DNA of 64,000 nucleotides, taken from NCBI GenBank assembly GCA_963763075.1, contig CAVXNF010000008.1:128478-192477 (forward strand), written 5' to 3'. Shown here one piece after another: positions 23,160 through 39,009 of this stretch. The DNA is from an uncultured Chloroflexia bacterium. GTDB taxonomy: Bacteria; Chloroflexota; Limnocylindria; Limnocylindrales; CSP1-4. The position numbers and the translations under genes are program-made. Numbering within the stretch: the stretch's first letter is position 1; each line of letters begins with the position of its first letter. The notes beneath the pieces are model-generated. The model was given only the letters and a program-made list of their open reading frames with translations, was not told the origin of the DNA and did no database searches.

Positions 23160-24069
23160 CTAGCCGTCGTGCGGGTGCGGGTGCGCGGCGCCCGAATCGG
23201 GATGCAGGTGGACCGACCACGGCTCGGGCTGGTGGACCGCCCCGCCCTCGTGCACGTGCGCCTCGCCGAGCGTCCGGGCGAGGAAGTCGCGGGTCCGCTG
23301 GTCCTTCGGGTCGTCGATCACCTGGCCGGGCGGGCCGACCTCGATGAACTCGCCGTCCTCGATGTAGTAGACGCGGTCCGCGGCCTCGCGCGCGAACGCC
23401 ATCTCGTGGGTGACGACGATCATCGTCGCCCCCTCGTGGGCCAGCGCCTCCATGACGTTGAGCACCTCGCCGACGAGCGTCGGGTCGAGCGCGGAGGTCG
23501 GCTCGTCGAACAGGAGCACCTTGGGCTCCATCGTGAGCGCCCGGGCGATCGCGACCCGCTGCTTCTGCCCGCCCGAGAGCCGGCCCGGATACTCGTCGCG
23601 CTTCTCGCGCAGCCCGACCGTGTCGAGGAACCGCTCGGCGACCGCGATCGCCTCGTCGCGCTTCATGCCCTTGACCCGGATCGGCGCCTCGATCAGGTTG
23701 TCGATGACCTTGAGGTGCGGGAACAGGTTGAACTCCTGGAACACCATCTGGGCCCGCAGCCGGATCTGGCGGATCTGCTCGCGGTGGGCACGGCTCCGGG
23801 CGTGGAGCGGGTCCGCCTTGACGAGCAGGCCGTCGATCTCGATCTCGCCGACCGTCGGCTCCTCGAGGAAGTTCATGCACCGGAGGAGCGTGCTCTTGCC
23901 GCTTCCCGACTTGCCGATGACGCACACGGTCTCGCGCGGGTAGACCTCGATCGTCACGCCGCGCAGGACGTGATTCGAGCCGAAGTACTTGTGCACGCCG
24001 AGGGCGCGGACGATCGGCTCGACGCCGGCCGGCGTCTGCGCGCCCGGAGCGGCGAACGGGTCCCGGTCG
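23160..24069 (-). CDS. Polar amino-acid ABC transporter ATP-binding protein with a His-rich C-terminal tail; N-terminus probably frameshifted
   Basis: ORF 23160..23996: Walker A GKSGSGKST, LSGGQKQRVAIARAL, LLFDEPTSALDP, and tail AHVHEGGAVHQPEPWSVHLHPDSGAAHPHPHDG. In-frame upstream sequence PAGVEPIVRALGVHKYFG has no start codon. A GTG at 24069 overlaps the permease stop (GTGA) but is in another frame. Confidence 0.85.
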
Positions 24070-24932
24070 GCTCGGTCACACGCGCACGTCGCTTTCCGCC
24101 AGGCGCTTCTCCAGCCGCTCCTGGAACAGCGACAGGACGATCGTCAGGGCCCAGTAGACGGCGGCGGCCAGGAGCAGCGTCTCGAGGGTGCGGAAGTTCT
24201 GCTGGCCCGTCACGCTGGGCGCGCCACAGGAGCTCCTGGACGGTGATGATCGACACGAGCGCCGAGTCCTTGATCATGGCGATGAACTCGTTGCCGATCG
24301 CGGGCGTGATGATCCGGACCGCCTGGGGCAGGATGATCCGGCGCATCGTCATGCGATCGGTCATGCCGAGCGCCGACGCGGCCTCGATCTGGCCGCGCGG
24401 GATGGCCTGGATGCCGGCCCGGAAGATCTCCGTCATGTAGGCGCCGTAGTTGAACGCGAGCGCCGCGATCCCGAGCACGAGCAACGGGATCTTCGCGAAC
24501 CCGTCCCAGATCTGGGGCAGGGCGAGGTAGAAGAACAGCAGCTGGACGATGAGCGGCGTCCCGCGCACGAGCGAGACGTAGAAGCTCGCGATGGCGTAGA
24601 TCACGGGATTCCGGGAGAGGCGGCCCAGCGAACCGAGGGTGGCCAGCACGACCGCGATCGCGATCGAGGCGACCGACACGACGATGGTGATCGGCACGCC
24701 GCCGAGGATGAAGGGCGCCCACAGGCCGATGAAGGTCGTGTCGACCTTGTCGGCGAGGACGAGCGATCCGACCAGGATGCCGACGAGGATGACCCAGGTC
24801 GCGACGAACGTGATCCGGAAGCCGCTGCGGGCGCGCCGTCGCGACCGGGCGATCTCCTCGACGATGTCCGTGTCGTGGGGCGCGCTCGATCAGCGGTGGG
24901 ACCGCATGGTGGGCGGATCCGCCAAGGGACAT
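24066..24932 (-). CDS. Polar amino-acid ABC transporter permease (HisM/GlnP type), frameshifted
   Basis: MSLGGSAHHAVPPLIERAP (ORF 24210..24932). Then HDTDIVEEIARSRRRARSGFRITFVATWVILVGILV...PITIVVSVASIAIAVV...EAASALGMTDRMTMRRIILPQAVRIITPAIGNEFIAMIKDSALVS (ORF 23954..24697). Then the hand-read C-terminus SVTGQQNFRTLETLLLAAAVYWALTIVLSLFQERLEKRLAESDVRV with stop at 24066. Confidence 0.8.
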
Positions 24933-24995
24933 CGAAGGCTCCTGAAGGGGCGGGTGAGGCCGCGTCGGTGACGCGGCCTCGTGCGCAGGTGGGCG

Positions 24996-25941
24996 TCAGC
25001 CGCCCTGCTTCTCGGTCAGGTCGAGCCCGAACCACTTCTGGGACATCGCCGCGAGCGTCCCGTCGTCGCGCATCTCCGTGAGGATCTGGTTGACGCGGGT
25101 CACCATGTCGGACGCATCCGGGCCGGCCTTGTCGAAGGCGACGGCGAGCGGCTCGAAGAACACCGGGTCGCCGACCTTGACGAGCGGCAGCCCGTCCGCG
25201 ATCGCCTGCTCGACGGTCGTCGAGGAGCTGAGCCAGCCCTCGAAGTCGGTCCGGCCTGCCTTCCACGTCTCGGCGCACAGCCGGTCCGTGTCGAGCGTGG
25301 TCGCCTTCACGCCGGCCGGCGGGGCCGTCGACGGGGACTCGGTCCCGAAGTCGAGGGTGCCGTTCAGCCAGTCGAGGTAGGTCGTCGCCGAGCCGACGCA
25401 GACCGTCTTGTCGGCAAGCCCCTCGAGGGTCGGTGACACCCGAGGCCGTGCTTGCGGCCATCTGGGCCGGGGTGAAGTAGTACGGGTCACTGAAGTCGAG
25501 CACCTCCTGGCGCGGCGACGTGACGGTCATGGAGCCGACGCTGAAGTCCCAGCGCTCGGCCCATGCGCCGGCGGTCAGCGCGTCCCAGCTCGGGGTCTCG
25601 AACGCGATCTCGACGCCAAGGCGCTTGGCGATCTCGGTGCCCACGTCGATGTCGAAGCCTTCGTACGTGCCGTCGGTCTTCAGCGACGACTGCGGCGGGT
25701 ACTGGGGATCCGTCGACATGACGATCTTGCCGGCCTTCAGGACCTTGTCCAGGAGGCCACCCTCGATCGGGGCCGCGCTCGCGGACTCGCTCGGGGCCAT
25801 GGATTCGGCGCTCGGCGCCGCCTCACTGGGGGCCGCGCTCGCGGCCTCGCTGGGCGCCGCTGTCGCGCCGCCGCCGCTGCTGCACGCAGCGACGAGAACG
25901 GCGGTGGCGCCGAGCAGGGACATTCGTCCTCGCAGGGACAT
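24996..25941 (-). CDS. Polar amino-acid ABC transporter substrate-binding lipoprotein, one frameshift near 25440
   Basis: MSLRGRMSLLGATAVLVAAC lipobox and APSEA-repeat linker, then KIVMSTDPQYPPQSSLKTDGTYEGFDIDVGTEIAKRLGVEIAFETPSWDALTAG (frame of 24601..25941). Continues in ORF 24996..25490 (..LEGLADKTVCVGSATTYLDWL...LAVAFDKAGPD..). Confidence 0.8.
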
Positions 25942-25996
25942 GCACTCCTCCTTGCGTCCGCCTCCCGGTACGTGTGGGGCCGGACCGCGCGCATTA

Positions 25997-28270
<2,274 letters not shown>

Positions 28271-28276
28271 TCATGA

Positions 28277-29409
28277 TCACGCCCTTCGCGCGCGCTCCAC
28301 GTGCGCCCGGGTGAGGCCACCCGGCGTCGGTGCGCCGACGAGCGACAGGCCCCGCTCCACCTCCTCGCGGAGCACGTCGAACGCCTTGCACGACGCCGGC
28401 CTCTCCGCCGGCCGCGAGCGCCCACAGGAACGGGCGGGCCGTGAACACGGCCCGGGCGCCGAGCGCGAGCGCGATGAGGACTTCCGGTCCGCGCCGGATC
28501 CCCCCGTCGAGATACACCTCGGCGCGCCCCTCGACCGCGTCCACGATCTCCTCCAGCACGTCGATCCCCGCCGCGACGCGATCGAGCTGCCGGCCGCCGT
28601 GGTTGGAGACCCAGATCGCGTCGGCGCCATGGTCCACGGCGAGCCGCGCGTCCTCGTGGGTCAGGATCCCCTTGAGCACGAGCGGCAGCGGCGCCCACGA
28701 GCGGATCTCCTCGAGCGAGTCCCAGGTGAGGTCCGCGCTGCGCATGTCCATCGTCTCGTCGAGGCGGCCATCGGACCGCCAGACGTCGCGCTTGGGGAGG
28801 TTCGCATAGGCGTCCTCGCCCGGATCGAAGCGCATCCGGAGGATCTCGTCGCGGTAGCCGAGGACGGGCAGGTCGACCGTGAGGCAGAGCGCCTCGTAGC
28901 CGGCGGCCGCGGCCCGCTGGACGAGGTCGCGGGTCACGCTCCGGTCGCGCTGCACGTACAGCTGGAACCAGCGCCGGCCGCCGGGTGCCGCCTCGGCGAC
29001 GGCCTCGATCGTGTGGCTCGCGACCGTCGAGACGACGTGGATCGCGCCCGCGGCCGTCGCGCCGCGCGCCGTCGCGAGCTCGCCGTCGCGGATGCGCGAG
29101 GCCGTGCATCGCCGCCGGCGCGATCCCGACGGGCAGGGCGGCCGGGCGGCCGAGGATGGACGTCGAGAGGTCGATGCTCGACACGTCGGTGAGGATGCGC
29201 GGCCGCAGCCGGAAGGCGTCCCATGCGGCGAACGTGTCGCGGAGCACGTGCTCGTCGTACGCACCACCGGCGTAGTACGCCCACGCCGCCGGGTGGATCC
29301 GCTCGCGGGCCGGCGCCTCGAAGTCCGTGAGCCGGACGACCTGGCCGAGGTCGATCGGCGGGACGTCGGCGGGCAGGTAGTTGCGGCGCGGTCGCGCGTC
29401 GGTCGTCAT
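28277..29409 (-). CDS. FMN-dependent alpha-hydroxy-acid dehydrogenase/oxidase (LldD / glycolate-oxidase family), frameshifted
   Basis: MTTDARPRRNYLPADVPPIDLGQVVRLTDFEAPARERIHPAAWAYYAGGAYDEHVLRDT (ORF 28261..29700). WFQLYVQRDRSVTRDLVQRAAAAGYEALCLTVD..VSNHGGRQLD..VYLDGGIRRG (ORF 28245..29267). C-terminus AFDVLREEVERGLSLVGAPT (ORF 28277..28630). An alternative ATG lies at 29421. Confidence 0.8.
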
Positions 29410-29433
29410 GGCACGCAGCATAATCGGGCGGAC

Positions 29434-30173
29434 ATGCGGACCGGGTGGGCAGGAGCGATCGCCGGCGCGGCGATCATCCTCGTCGCGATCGCCGGCTGCG
29501 ATCCGGCGACCGGCGGCGCCGCGTCGAGCCCGTCGCCGGCACCCACTGGAGGAGCGTCCATGACCACCGACCTGCGACTCCACGAGGCTGCCGGGGATGG
29601 TGACGTCGGCGAGCATCGAGCGGCTCCTCGCTGCGGGCCTGCCGATCGATGCCCAGGACGCCGACGGCCGCACGCCGGTGATGGTCGGCGACGGTCGCAC
29701 GCCGGACCGAGGCCGTGCGGGCGCTCGTGGACGCGGGCGCGGACGTCGACATCCGCGACAACCGCCTCGACAACGTGTTCCTCTACGCCGGCGCGGAGGG
29801 GCTGCTGGACATCCTGCGGATCGCGAACGAGGCGGGCGCCGACCCGGCGCTCACGAACCGGTTCGGTGGGATCGCGCTCATCCCCGCCTCGGAGCGCGGG
29901 CACGTGGAGGTCGTGCGCTACCTGCTGGCCGAGTCGGACGTCGACGTCGACCACGTCAACCGGCTGGGCTGGACCGCGCTCCTGGAGGCGATCATCCTGT
30001 CCGACGGCGGCCCGGCCCACCAGGAGATCGTCCGGATGCTGCTCGAGGCGGGCGCGGATCCCGATCTCGCGGACGGTGAGGGCGTCACGCCCCTGGCGCA
30101 CGCCCGATCCCGTGGCTATGACGCGATCGCGGCGCTGCTCGTCGCCGCGGACGCCGCCGGCGGCGGGGAGTAG
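29434..30173 (+). CDS. Ankyrin-repeat lipoprotein, frameshifted
   Basis: MRTGWAGAIAGAAIILVAIAGC lipobox (frame of 29011..32184). LHEAAGDGDV / ASIERLLAAGLPIDAQDADGRTPVM (ORF 29597..30079). Then the intact ORF 29715..30173 with ankyrin repeats (ALVDAGADVDIRD.., GHVEVVRYLLAESDVDVDHVNRLGWTALLEA.., IVRMLLEAGADPDLADGEGVTPLAHA). Confidence 0.7.
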
Positions 30174-30189
30174 CCGGTCGCCGGCTCCC

Positions 30190-32990
30190 CTACCCCGTCA
30201 GCTCGAGGTTCGCGAGGCTCGCGAGCATCGTCTTGCGGCCGATGCCCGGATCCTTGAACGCGACCGTGACCTCCTCGTCGTCGCGGGTCAGCTTCGAGGT
30301 CACCACGATCCCGTCGCCCCACTTCGCGTGGCGGATGCGGTCGCCGTCGCGGTAGCGCCGCTCCCCGGGGATGATCGGGCGTGCCGGGACGGTCCCCCGC
30401 TCGCGCGGCCCGAGCCCGGCCGGGGACGGACGATCCGGCGTCGTCCCAGGCCGGGATCGACGTCGGCGGCGGGATGCGAGTCGCCCTGGCCCCAGCCACC
30501 GTCCTGCCGGCCCAGCGAGCCGGACGGCGCCCCGCCGGCGTACGCGTCGCGCTTCGCACCGAGGTCGCGTGACGGGCGGAACTGCTCGCCGGCCGCGGGC
30601 GCGCCCGGGCGGCCGCTCCCCTGCCGGTACGCGCCGCCGCCGGCCCGGATGCCGGAGCCGAGCCGCGAGCCACGCTCGCGGAAGACGAGGTCCGGGTCGA
30701 GGTCGCCGCCGAGGTCGTCGCCGCGGTGGAGCTGCGGGCCCGACCATGAGGTCCGGCGGGATCTCGAGCAGGAACCGCGACGGGACGCTCATCCCGCCGC
30801 CGCCCCACGTCGCGCGGCGCCACGCGTGGGACAGGAACAGGCGTCGCTTCGCGCGGGTGATCCCGACGTACGCGAGCCGCCGCTCCTCCTCCAGCTCCTT
30901 CTCGTCGTCGAGCGCCCGGTTGTGCGGGAACAGCCCCTCCTCGAGCCCGGCGATGAACACGATCGGGAACTCCAGGCCCTTCGCCGCGTGGAGCGTGATC
31001 AGCGTCACGGCGTCGGACTCGCCCTCGTACGAGTCCTGGTCCGCGACGAGCGCCGTCTCCTCGAGCAGCCGGTCCAGGGCGTCGTCCGGCGACAGGTCGT
31101 CGTAGCGGGTCGTGACCGCCCGCAGCTCGAGCAGGTTCGCCCAGCGGTCCTCGCCCTCCTCGGAGCCGTCGGCGAGCATCGCCCGGTAGCCCGACTGCTC
31201 GAGGACCGCGTCCAGCAGCTCGGGCAGCGGCAGGACGCCGACCCGCGTGCGCAGCCGCGCCACCAGCACCCCGAACTCGCCGAGCGACGTCCGGATCCGC
31301 GGCCCGATCCCCTCGACCTCGCCGCGCGCCGCGGCCTCGACCGCGAGGAACACGTTGTCGTCGTGCTGGACGGCCCAGCGCCGGAGCGCCTCGACCGTCT
31401 TGTCGCCGATGCCGCGGGCCGGGACGTTGACGATCCGCTCGAACGACACGCCGTCGGTGTCCGAGCGGAGCACCCGCAGGTAGGCCAGCGCGTCCTTGAC
31501 CTCGCGCCGCTGGTAGAACCGGGTCCCGCCGACGAGCTGGTAGCGGATGCCGTAGCGGAGGAACGACTCCTCGATCGCGCGGGACTGCGCGTTCATCCGG
31601 TACATGACCGCGACGTCCTTCGGCCGGAAGCGGGTCGTCTCGTCATCGTCGGCGCGACGGGTGAGCCACGAGCCGCGCCCGCTCTGCCCGATCAGGCCCT
31701 CCGTCTGGCGGGCGATCCACTCCGCCTCCTCGTCCTCGTTGAACGCCTCGAACCGCTGGATCGGCACGCCGCCCTGGTTCTCCGTCCAGAGCTTCTTGTC
31801 GGTCCGCCGCTCGTTGCGCGAGACCACGGCGTGGGCCGCGTCGAGGATGAGCTGCGTCGAGCGGTAGTTCTGCTCGAGCTTGACGACGGTCGCGTCCGGG
31901 TAGTCGCGCTCGAAGTCGAGGATGTTCTGGACGTTGGCCCCGCGCCAGCCGTAGATCGACTGGTCGTCGTCGCCCACGACGCACAGGTTGCGATGCGCGG
32001 CAGCGAGGGCACGGACCCACAGGTACTGCGGCCGGTTCGTGTCCTGGTATTCGTCGACGTGGAGGTATTGCCAGCGCGCCTGGTACTTGCCCAGCACGTC
32101 CGGCGCCTGTCGAACAGCTCCACCGCCTTGAGCAGGAGGTCGTCGAAGTCGAGCGCGCGGGCGGCCTCGAGCCGCTCCCGGTAGCGCTTGGCGAGCTTGG
32201 CGATCACCCGCTCGCGGTGGTTGACGGCGTTCTGGGCGAGGAACGTCTCGTCGAGCATCTCGTTCTTCGCCCGGCTGATCGCGCCGAGGATCGCCGCCGG
32301 CCGGAACTCGCCGGTCGCCGGCAGGTCCTCCTCGGCGAGGATCCGCTTCATCAGCTGCTGCTGGTCGTCGGTGTCGTAGATGACGAACCGGCGGTCGATC
32401 CCGATCGCCTCGCCGTCGCGACGCAGCACGCGGGCGCACAGCGCGTGGAACGTGCCCGCCTCGACGTCCTTGCCGACGTCGCCCACGAGGTGCGCGATCC
32501 GCTCCCGGAGCTCGCCCGCGGCGCGGTTCGTGAACGTCACGGCGAGGATCCGGTGCGGCCGGACCGCCTTGACGCCGATCAGGTACGCGATCCGGTGCGC
32601 GATGACGCGCGTCTTGCCCGAGCCGGCGCCGGCGAGGATGAGCAGCGGGCCGTCGGTGGTCGCCACGGCCCGGCCCTGCTCCGGGTTCATCCGCGACAGG
32701 ATCTCCTCGGCGCGTGCCTGGCGGCGCGCCTCGATGGCCTTCGCGGCCTCCTCCGGGGACAGCGCGGGCCCGGCGTCCTCGAGGGCCGGCTCGACGGGCG
32801 CCTCGCGCAGCCAGTCGGGCTCGTCGGGGATGGCCGCCGGCGCGGACGCGGCGGGCGGCGCCGCGCTCGCCGGGTGGTCGTCGGGGTCGTCTTCGCCCGG
32901 CCCGAGGTCCAGCCACGTGCCCTGGCCCACCGGCTCGGCCTTGCGCGTGCGGGGACGCTTCGCGGGTCGGTCGGACGGGGTGGGGCTCAC
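30190..32990 (-). CDS. pcrA: ATP-dependent DNA helicase PcrA/UvrD (SF1), frameshifted
   Basis: ORF 31692..32990: GTG start, Walker A LLILAGAGSGKTRVIAHRIAYL, AVTFTNRAAGELRERI. ORF 30190..33087: YLHVDEYQDTN, VVGDDDQSIYGWRGA, LEQNYRST, TLHAAKGLEFPIVFIAGLEEGLFPH, YVGITRAKRRL, and C-terminal Tudor-like GDRIRHAKWGDGIVV. Extra frame changes fall in the low-complexity C-terminal linker (30400-30780). Confidence 0.9.
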
Positions 32991-33028
32991 CGCCCCATTC
33001 TAGGTCGCGGGGGCCTCCCGGGCCGTCG

Positions 33029-33833
33029 TCAGGATCCGGCCGAGGGCTCCTCGATGACGATCGCCGGATCGTCCCACTGCGACGCATCGAGCTCGAGGTG
33101 GAGGACGATCGTGCCGTCGTCGCTCGTGGCGTCGACGACGAGGTGCGCCGGCCGCAGCGTCAGCGAGTCGGTGTCCACGCGTGACCGTCGTCCGGACGTC
33201 CGGCAGCGTGCCGGCCTGGTCGGTCGGGAGCATCGCGCGGATGATCGTCGCGGGGTCGCGGCCGGCCTCCACGCTGACCCGGTGGCAGCGGCCGCTGGCG
33301 GACGCGCAGTCGACCTCCTCGAGCGTCGGGTTCGTGCCCGGCGTCGCGAGGTAGGAACGGAGCCGCTCCACGAGCGTCAACGGGTTGATGTCCACGCCCG
33401 CCTCCGCCGACGTCCCGCCGAGCGAGGCGCGCTGCCAGGGATCGTCCGGCCCGGTGCGGTACCAGACCCCGTCCCACACCGAGACGGCGGCGACATCGAC
33501 GTCGAGGCCCGGGCTCGTGAGGGTGGTCGAGGTCTTCGCGTCGTGCGGGCGGAGGTCGGCCGCGATCGTCGAGCCGTCGAGGCTGACGGCGGGCTCCTCG
33601 CGCTCGACGAGCGAGCCCGGGATCGTGCCGCTCAGCTCGCCCTCGAGGTGGACCGACTGCGCGTCGATCGTCGCCTGGAGCGAGCGCGCGAGCATCTCGC
33701 GGGGGTCGGTGACCTCCGAGGGCGGCGTGGTCCCGGCGAGCGGCCCGAAGCCGAGCGCGGTGCCGCCCGCGACGAGGACGAGCACGATGACGATCGCTGC
33801 GCCGATGACGGGCAGCGGGCCGCGATTACGCAT
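33029..33833 (-). CDS. Membrane-anchored extracytoplasmic protein, tentatively LppX/LprAFG-like (LolA-like fold); one frameshift near 33180
   Basis: ORF 33000..33905 from the internal MRNRGPLPVIGAAIVIVLVLVAGG anchor, then VHLEGELSGTIPG..VSLDGSTIAADLRP..VDVAAVSVWDGVWYRTG. The hand-read C-terminus VDTDSLTLRPAHLVVDATSDDGTIVLHLELDASQWDDPAIVIEEPSAGS ends at TGA 33029. Family assignment is a guess. Confidence 0.45.
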
Positions 33834-33942
33834 GCGGTGGGCGTCCCCTCTCTCCGGGTCGTTCGTGTGCCGTGACAGGCTGCCGCCTCGGACCCGTTCG
33901 GTCAAACGGGCTGCGACGTGGGCCGGTCATGATGGCCTCGCT

Positions 33943-34711
33943 GTGACGAACGAACGCGAGCTCTCGGCGGGACTCCATGGCCGGGTGAGCGGCCATGCCG
34001 GGCTCGCGTACCGCGTGGCCCGCGTCGTGTGGCGGATCGTCGCCGCCTGCCTGCGCGTGCGGGTGCGCGTCGAAGGGCTCCAGCACCTCCCGCGGTCGGG
34101 CGGCTACATCGTCGCCGGCGTGCCCCATCGCACGTGGGTCGACCCGTTCCTCCTCTGGGGCTGGCTGCCGGCGGAGCCGCGCCTCGTGTTCTTCGGCGAC
34201 GCGCGGACGATGGGCCGCTCGCCGCTGCGCCGCGCGGTCCTCCGCCTCGTCGGCGGGGTGATCCCGATCCCCACGGCCCACCGGGCAGGCGCCGTCGAGA
34301 TCCATGTCGCCGCGGCGACCGGCGTGCTCGCAGCGGGGGCCGCGTTCTGCCTGTTCCCGGAGACCGGACCCGAGGCGCCGCTGCGGGCGATCCGGCGGCT
34401 CGGCGCGGGTGTCGGCTACATCGCGCTCCGGAGCGGCGCGCCCGTGGTGCCGGTCGCGATCGGCGGCAACCATGAGCTGTTCTTCGGCCGCACGATCGTC
34501 GTGCGCGTGCTGCCGCCCGTGTCGGCGCTCGAGCTCGCCGGGGTGGCCGCGCCGCCGGAGCCCGGGACCCAGGACGAGCGCGACGCCGTCCATCGCGTGC
34601 TCGGCGGGATCGCGGCAGCCGTGGCACGCCGTGGCGGACGCGCACGACGACGCGGAACCGCCGCCGGGGACGCGGAAGCGGATGACGTGGCTCACCACGC
34701 GCTTCCGCTGA
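33943..34711 (+). CDS. 1-acyl-sn-glycerol-3-phosphate (lysophospholipid) acyltransferase, PlsC family; frameshift near 34625
   Basis: Frame of ORF 33385..34776: HX4D motif VPHRTWVDP, FFGDARTMG, FPETGP, VPVAIGG. The C-terminus switches to ORF 34304..34711 (..AVADAHDDAEPPPGTRKRMTWLTTRFR). GTG start proposed at 33943. Confidence 0.75.
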
Positions 34712-34715
34712 CAGG

Positions 34716-37785
<3,070 letters not shown>

Positions 37786-37983
37786 GGTGCATTCCTCCTC
37801 TGACGGCCGCGGTCGGCCGTCGTGGCAGTGACTGGTTTCGGCTGGCGACGCGGAGAGGCGCCGTGGTCGCCGGATGGATCCTCCATCGAGCGCATCACCA
37901 GGGTCGCGTCCGGGTCCCGTGCCTGTGCCGGTCCCTCCGCAGAGGCGCCCGGCCCGGGGTTCCGCTGGCTGCGTCCCACTGGT

Positions 37984-38010
37984 TTAGCACTCTCCCTATG
38001 AGAGTGCCAG
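37984..38010. promoter_or_regulatory. CIRCE (HrcA operator) element
   Basis: TTAGCACTC-TCCCTATGA-GAGTGCCAG versus consensus TTAGCACTC-N9-GAGTGCTAA. The left arm is perfect and the right arm matches 7/9. It lies immediately downstream of the putative groES promoter. Confidence 0.8.
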
Positions 38011-38019
38011 AACCGTATC

Positions 38020-38048
38020 GAATTAGCCGGGTATTCCACACCTGTCAA
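38020..38048 (-). promoter_or_regulatory. Putative sigma-70-type groES-groEL promoter
   Basis: Minus strand TTGACA (38048-38043), 17-nt spacer, TAATTC (38025-38020). The CIRCE starts about 10 nt downstream. This implies a 5' leader of roughly 225 nt. Confidence 0.5.
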
Positions 38049-38100
38049 CCGACGAGACGGTTCGGGCCGTCGGGCGTGGCCGGGGGACGCACAACCGAGG

Positions 38101-38945
38101 TCACGCACGAGGTCGCTCGGACGAGGTCCTCGAGCGCGGTCGTCGTCGCGGCCGTTCGGCGACCCAGAGCCGCGGTCGACGCGCACCCACTCGGGCTCGT
38201 TGGGCGGGCGCGGCGCTCCGGCGGCGGAGAGAGTACGGCGAATTGGTCTCGACGAGGACAGCCGGTCCGCCGGCACGAAGGCCGCTGCGCACCTGCGCAA
38301 CCTGCGCTCGGTGCTGCCGCGCCGGAAGACCAGCCGCGCTGAACGAGACGGCGGGAGTGCAGCGGCGGCGACTCGCGGCGGCGCATGGACAGCGACCGGA
38401 GAAGGAGTGGATAGTGGATCGCTGCGCGGCCGACGCGTGACCGCGAAAGACGCGAGGCCGGGCCGAGCTCGAGCGCGGCGCAGGAGCAGGGCGTGCTGCG
38501 GTTGCGCTCGTGGTGCGGCGGCGAGATCGGCGCCGAAGCGAACTGGAGCACCACCGGCGACGAGGCCGCGCTCGCGCGCCAGCGCGATGGATCCGCGCAG
38601 GTTGACGAGCTGTGCGTCGATCGGCGAGAAGAACCGGTCGTAGTCGAGGCCGGTCTCGCCGATCGCGACGACGCCGGGCGCAGGCCGGCGAGGCGCTGGC
38701 GATCCTGGCGCGCCACAGGCGTCGGCTCGTCGACCGCGCTGGCGGCATCGCAGGGTGGAAATGCCGACCGACGTTCGAGGCCGTGCCGATGGGCTCGACC
38801 AGCTCGAGCGCGAGCGACAGTCGACGCACTCCGCCACGCCACGAGCGATGGCTGCGAGGACGACCGGCCGCGGCGACGGCAACGGACGACACGCCTCATC
38901 GCCGAACCGATCCGCCTGCAGATGGCAGTGGCTGTCGGACGAGCC
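38101..38945 (-). pseudogene. TatD-family hydrolase paralog, strongly decayed (at least 6 frame changes in ~850 bp)
   Basis: TatD motifs are scattered over all three minus frames: SDSHCHLQADRFGDE (hand-read near 38925), ALELVEPIGTASNVG.HFHP, VVAIGETGLDYDRFFSPIDAQLVNLRGSIALARE (ORF 37707..38882), TIHSFSG..VSFSA..VLVETNSPY (ORF 38101..38892), NEPEWVRV. These parallel the intact tatD at 39806..40642. Confidence 0.55.
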
Positions 38946-39009
38946 CGCGCCTCGGACGTGGGCATCCGACGCGCCTGCGGCTGCGGGCCGCCTGGAGCAC
39001 GGGTGGGGC

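Noticed and set aside
29011-32184. 1057-aa plus-strand ORF
   Set aside because: Only a short stretch (the lipobox region of the ankyrin gene, from 29434) is real. The rest is off-frame ankyrin sequence followed by antisense of pcrA.
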